Positions 60,025-64,000 of a stretch of 64,000 nucleotides of DNA are shown here, piece by piece. The stretch covers positions 384,001-448,000 of the forward strand of contig CAVRDX010000001.1 in assembly GCA_963719945.1 (NCBI GenBank), in the 5' to 3' direction. A program made the position numbers and the translations under genes. This stretch comes from an uncultured Thermoplasmata archaeon. GTDB taxonomy: Archaea; Thermoplasmatota; Thermoplasmata; UBA10834. A model generated the notes under the pieces. That model worked only from the letters and a program-made list of their open reading frames with translations, was not told the DNA's origin and ran no database searches. How positions within the stretch are numbered: the first letter of the stretch is position 1; each line of letters starts with the position of its first letter.

Positions 60025-60595
60025 CCGAACACCATATTCAGAATGGAACTCTATGCTAAATGTCTTTGTGTGGAAATCCTGCGAGAATATTGACCGGTCG
60101 GAAAGAAGATTTGAGCATGGAGTCAATGCAGAGTTCCAAGCTCGTCCTTTGATCGGGCAATCTACATTCATGAATCATTGCGTTGCCTGATAAGCTTTCA
60201 AGCGTTGAATGATCGCGGGCTTAGATCCACTTGTCTGAAGGGAGGGTCACACCCGTGCGGTGGTAGGCGTTGACGATCCATATGGTCATGACGAGCAGGA
60301 ATGTCATCGGTCCTGAGCCTAGAGAGTGAAGGTGAGCGTAGCGGCATGATCTTGGCTATCGTTCACTATCAGTTTTCAATTGCAGCGCGGTGTGCCTTCT
60401 CGTAAGCTAGAAGCCTGTATTTGCCGGCGAAAGAATCGTGCCCGTATGTCTGGAAGCCGCCTCTACGCACGAGCTTCCCCCGCCGCGCATGCAAGCATCT
60501 TCCGGCGTAGAATGTTGGTATAACCACGACATGTTTGAGCCAGGAGATGAAGAGTCCTTCTGGATCTGGGAATCAGAGTCATGAATGTCAATCTG

Positions 60596-61648
60596 TTAGA
60601 GGTTCCTGCTATAATCCCGGAGGACCTCCAATGCCCCAAGCGTGAGCCATTGGTCCCTTTCCCCATGAGGCCTGTTAGATTCTGTCCATAGCCCGTCCCT
60701 GTACCTCTCTGAAAGCAACCACTTCATGGGACTTTCCATCCTCGGGTCGTCGGGACCTCTTCCAAGCAAGGTCAGGATCTCAAGCGCGGCTAATCCGCCG
60801 CACCGGTAGTTAGGGTATCTAAGTTTGGTCCAATTGTCCCTACTCTCGTGGAAGTTGGGATGTGGGTTTCTCTTATAGAACCTGCTCAATAGGAAATCTG
60901 CGCCCCTATGGAGGCGAGGATCCTTCCTGTTGGACGGATTATTGGCCAGGCCCCAGAGAACAATCAAGGTCGTCCAATGGCAGCTCGGTGTCGAAGCCAT
61001 GGGCCTCGGGTCGTATTCAGGCCTATCCTCTGATCTCATTAAATTGACGAACTCATCCAATGTCATCCCCTGATACTCCGGGAGGTATCTCAGGTCTTGT
61101 AGATAGGGCATGCTCCAGCCACCGTCTCTCCTCTGAAGGGACATCAGCCAATTCGAGGCCCTGACAACCCTCGGATCATGCTCCTTGAAGAATCCGCACA
61201 GGATGTACAGAGCGAAACCATTGTAGTGAGGCTGAGGAAGACCATGCGTCATGGGTCCGACAAGGCAGCCTTCCTTTGACTGTCCCCTAAAGAGCCTCTC
61301 TAGGGCCCTGTCCACACCTTCGTCATCAGGCAGCGTCACAAAGTGCAGTAGCCTGAGGAGGTTCCTGTATACTGTAGCCATATTCGGATCCACAGATCGC
61401 GAGGACACGCGCTCGTCGTATCGAGTGGGCCGGGAGATTGGCCAGGTTCCATCCTCTCGTATCGATTTGAGCAGACTTGTCCTGGGCGTGTATCTCCTGC
61501 ACTCGTCCAACGTGCGCTGGACTATGCCGTCCTCACGGTCCTTCCCGAGGACATGCGTATATGTCCAGAACTTCACGGAGGGTGATGCGCTCTGCAGGAG
61601 TTTCCTGCTGGACTCATCGATGGCCCTCTCAATTTCAGCAGCCAGCAT
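60596..61648 (-). CDS. Hypothetical prenyltransferase/squalene-cyclase-like alpha/alpha barrel protein (copy 2)
   Basis: Aligns end to end with 36623..37678; motifs LQRRDGGW and RDGLW. Confidence 0.7.
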   Translation of the reverse strand: MLAAEIERAIDESSRKLLQSASPSVKFWTYTHVLGKDREDGIVQRTLDECRRYTPRTSLLKSIREDGTWPISRPTRYDERVSSRSVDPNMATVYRNLLRLLHFVTLPDDEGVDRALERLFRGQSKEGCLVGPMTHGLPQPHYNGFALYILCGFFKEHDPRVVRASNWLMSLQRRDGGWSMPYLQDLRYLPEYQGMTLDEFVNLMRSEDRPEYDPRPMASTPSCHWTTLIVLWGLANNPSNRKDPRLHRGADFLLSRFYKRNPHPNFHESRDNWTKLRYPNYRCGGLAALEILTLLGRGPDDPRMESPMKWLLSERYRDGLWTESNRPHGERDQWLTLGALEVLRDYSRNL

Positions 61649-61785
61649 GTGCGACTGTATAATGTCAATCATGTTTCTATTGATTTCGGAAGACGAGAGC
61701 GTCGACCCGTCATACTGTATGCTCGAAGTCGTCCATGCGGAAACCTCTGCAGACGGTAATTCTGGTTGTCCAATCTTATTGAGAG

Positions 61786-61870
61786 TGCAGGGGCGCGGAT
61801 TCGAACCGCGGAACCACTTCTGGACAAGGTCCTAAGCCTTGCGCCGTTGACCGGACTTGGCTACCCCTGC
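61786..61870 (-). tRNA. tRNA-Leu (anticodon TAG)
   Basis: Reverse complement reads GCAGGGG...CCCCTGCA. Anticodon arm CAAGG-CT TAG GA-CCTTG, long variable arm, T-loop GTTCGAATC. Confidence 0.96.
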
Positions 61871-61940
61871 TTGTGTTGCATATTCCGGATGCCAGGTTCC
61901 ATATAAGAATCAATCGAATAGATTGCCGTTTCGTGCTTAT

Positions 61941-62387
61941 CTATTCGCTCGGGAATTTGCTTTGCACGTTTGCGAGATATTCACGTGCCCGAGCGATGGC
62001 GTTCTCTCTCTTTGCTGGATATGCCCTGATCTTTATCCTGATTGAGATGGCATCATCATCGGCAGCCAATCGTATAATCTCACGAAACGCATCTTGTTTG
62101 CTCAACCTGAGGAAAAGGTTGCATGCATCATCTATCCTCGATTCGATCGTCCTATCGATCTCTTCAAGGTCCTCTGCCTGCAACTTCCTGAAGACTCCAT
62201 CGATGGTCCGCATCTTTTCGGTACGTGCCTCGACTATCTCCATCTGATTTCCATGGTGTCCCTTTGCCATGGAAACATGCAGCTCGATCTCTCCCAATGC
62301 ATTGAGGATAGATTGTCTGACCTTCTCGATGTCCTCGGTCGAATGGCAGATGGCTCGGGCGCTAAGAGATGAAAAGTTCCTATTCAC
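61941..62387 (-). CDS. DUF54/COG1325 predicted RNA-binding protein
   Basis: HSTEDIEKV, GHHGN, FLRLSKQ, YPAK. Start is approximate. Confidence 0.85.
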   Translation of the reverse strand: MNRNFSSLSARAICHSTEDIEKVRQSILNALGEIELHVSMAKGHHGNQMEIVEARTEKMRTIDGVFRKLQAEDLEEIDRTIESRIDDACNLFLRLSKQDAFREIIRLAADDDAISIRIKIRAYPAKRENAIARAREYLANVQSKFPSE

Positions 62388-62533
62388 ATTCTGCGTAAAT
62401 GCGTACCTCATATCTAAATCCGTCTCGCGTCGCGCTTCCACGTGCCAGGTCATATCATTGCAGGGTCCCGTACTAGTAGGTGAGAGAATACTTAATATGC
62501 CGAAGTCGCTAACGCATAAATTGGTGCATCCGG

Positions 62534-63091
62534 GTGATTGAGGTAAGGTTTCATGGTAGAGGCGGCCAGGGGGTCGTAATAGCCTCGGAAGTCCTGGCGA
62601 AAGCAGCCTTCAAGATGGGATTCGAAGTATCATCCTTCCCTTTCTTCGGCGTCGAGCGGCGTGGTGCACCAGTCACTGCATATGCTCGTATTGACAAGAA
62701 TCCCATCAGGATCAAATCAAGCATCTACGAACCCGATTATATTGTCGTGCTTGACAGCACTCTGCTGAAGGGTGTGGATCTCTTCGAAGGCCTCAAACCT
62801 GGAGGCAAGATTCTGATAAACTACCCTGATGATAAGACTCTTCCTGGGATGTCTGACCAATTCAAGTATTATACATTGGATGCAACAGGTATCGCCGCGA
62901 CACATGGCATCGGATCCAAGATGACACCCATAGTAAATACCGCAATCATGGGCGGGTTCGCAAAGATGAGCGATTGGGTGTCGATCGAGGCGATGTTGGA
63001 GATTATCCGGGAGGTCGCCCCGGTCAAGAAGGAAGAGAATGTCGAGGCGGCCCGGGAAGCATACGAGCGGACTAGAGAGGTTGCCGTATGA
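62534..63091 (+). CDS. porC: Pyruvate/2-ketoisovalerate:ferredoxin oxidoreductase gamma subunit
   Basis: EVRFHGRGGQG, FGVERRGAPV, VNTAIMG. Confidence 0.92.
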   Translation: MIEVRFHGRGGQGVVIASEVLAKAAFKMGFEVSSFPFFGVERRGAPVTAYARIDKNPIRIKSSIYEPDYIVVLDSTLLKGVDLFEGLKPGGKILINYPDDKTLPGMSDQFKYYTLDATGIAATHGIGSKMTPIVNTAIMGGFAKMSDWVSIEAMLEIIREVAPVKKEENVEAAREAYERTREVAV

Positions 63092-63360
63092 CAAAGAGCT
63101 ACGAAGAGATACCGCTGACGCCGATATCGGACAAGCCAAGCACGATGAACATGACCGGCCTTTGGAGGGCATTCAGGCCAATTGTCGATATATCCAAGTG
63201 CAAGAGATGCACTATCTGCTGGAAGTTCTGTCCAGATGCTGCAATAAGGCTCGTGGACTTCGTGCCAGTGATCGACCTGAAATACTGCAAGGGATGTGGC
63301 ATCTGCTCCGCCGAATGCCCTGCGGAATGCATCGAGATGGTGAAGGAGGGTATCGAATGA
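63088..63360 (+). CDS. porD: Pyruvate/2-ketoisovalerate:ferredoxin oxidoreductase delta subunit
   Basis: TGLWR..RP, CKRCTICWKFCPD, YCKGCGICSAECP. Confidence 0.93.
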   Translation: MTKSYEEIPLTPISDKPSTMNMTGLWRAFRPIVDISKCKRCTICWKFCPDAAIRLVDFVPVIDLKYCKGCGICSAECPAECIEMVKEGIE

Positions 63361-64000
63361 GAAAGGTGATGACCGGGAACTACGCATCGGCCTATGCGGC
63401 GAAGCTATCTCGAGTGGAAGTCATCGCAGCTTACCCTATCACTCCTCAGACTTCCATCGTCGAGAAGCTCGCGGAGCTTGTCTCAACCGGAGAGCTGAAG
63501 GCCAAGTTCGTCTCGGTGGAGAGCGAGCACAGCGCTATGGCTGCATGCATATCTGCGTCAATCGCTGGGGCGAGGACTTATACGGCTACTAGCTCGCACG
63601 GCCTCACCCTCATGCACGAGGTCTTGATGTGGGCGTCAGGTGCCAGACTGCCGATCGTGATAACAAATGTGAGCCGGGCCATGGCTCCACCATGGAGCGT
63701 ATGGGTCGACCACATGGACTCCATCGCCCAGAGGGACACGGGTTGGCTGCAGTTCTTCTGTTCGAGCAATCAGGAAGTCCTGGACACTACGATCATGGCA
63801 TACAAGGTCTGCGAGAGCAGGAACGTGATGCTTCCGGCAATGGTGATCGAGGACGCATTCATACTCTCTCATACCTCCGAACCCGTCGATTTGCCCGATC
63901 AGGAAGCCATCGATTCGTTCCTGCCATCGTTCTCGCCTGAGCTGAAGGTGGAGGTCGGCAGGCCGATGGGCTTCGGATCACTTGTGAAGCCCGATCAGTA
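63357..64000 (+). CDS. porA: Pyruvate/2-ketoisovalerate:ferredoxin oxidoreductase alpha subunit (3'-truncated, absent from the ORF track)
   Basis: Manual translation MRKVMTGNYASA...AYPITPQTSIVE...VESEHSA...TATSSHG; open to the window end. Confidence 0.93.
   Translation, partial: MRKVMTGNYASAYAAKLSRVEVIAAYPITPQTSIVEKLAELVSTGELKAKFVSVESEHSAMAACISASIAGARTYTATSSHGLTLMHEVLMWASGARLPIVITNVSRAMAPPWSVWVDHMDSIAQRDTGWLQFFCSSNQEVLDTTIMAYKVCESRNVMLPAMVIEDAFILSHTSEPVDLPDQEAIDSFLPSFSPELKVEVGRPMGFGSLVKPDQ

Noticed and set aside
1-64000. CRISPR arrays, rRNA, SRP or RNase P RNA, IS elements, and the many antisense ORFs in the track
   Set aside because: I saw no repeat-spacer periodicity, no signature motifs and no transposase. 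The antisense ORFs are shadows of well-supported genes.

Overview
Archaeal chromosomal segment. Gene content and synteny (psmB-aCPSF1, dnaG followed by a Lon-like gene, Thermoplasmata-style Hjc) suggest an anaerobic, peptide-fermenting member of Thermoplasmatota. That assignment is an inference, and no methanogenesis genes are seen. Most of the window is housekeeping. It covers replication and repair (rfcS, rfcL, topA, hjc, dnaG, nre), translation and tRNA modification (rpl40e, aspS, trm1, ttuA, taw1, tRNA-Ser, tRNA-Leu) and central metabolism (two 2-oxoacid:ferredoxin oxidoreductase operons, ADP-forming acyl-CoA synthetase, FBPA/P, tpiA, apgM, purA, nadA). It also holds lipid head-group genes, TBP, thermosome and the proteasome beta subunit. 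No CRISPR array, rRNA or IS element was seen. The leading hunt candidates are: (1) a protease-less, soluble Lon-type AAA+ ATPase with a Zn ribbon and an HbYX-like C-terminus (-GYR), next to dnaG and a ubiquitin-like protein, which may be a proteasome-feeding unfoldase; (2) a ~190-nt structured leader or ncRNA upstream of dnaG; (3) a box C/D guide RNA predicted to methylate C34 of elongator pre-tRNA-Met; (4) a catalytic-domain-only tyrosine recombinase behind ~1 kb of non-coding DNA with a palindrome-covered promoter; (5) an uncharacterised type IV pilus-like locus next to a CheY/DUF835 pair; (6) two paralogous QW-motif alpha/alpha-barrel proteins. Two genes carry +1 frameshifts (thermosome and a secreted PLD).
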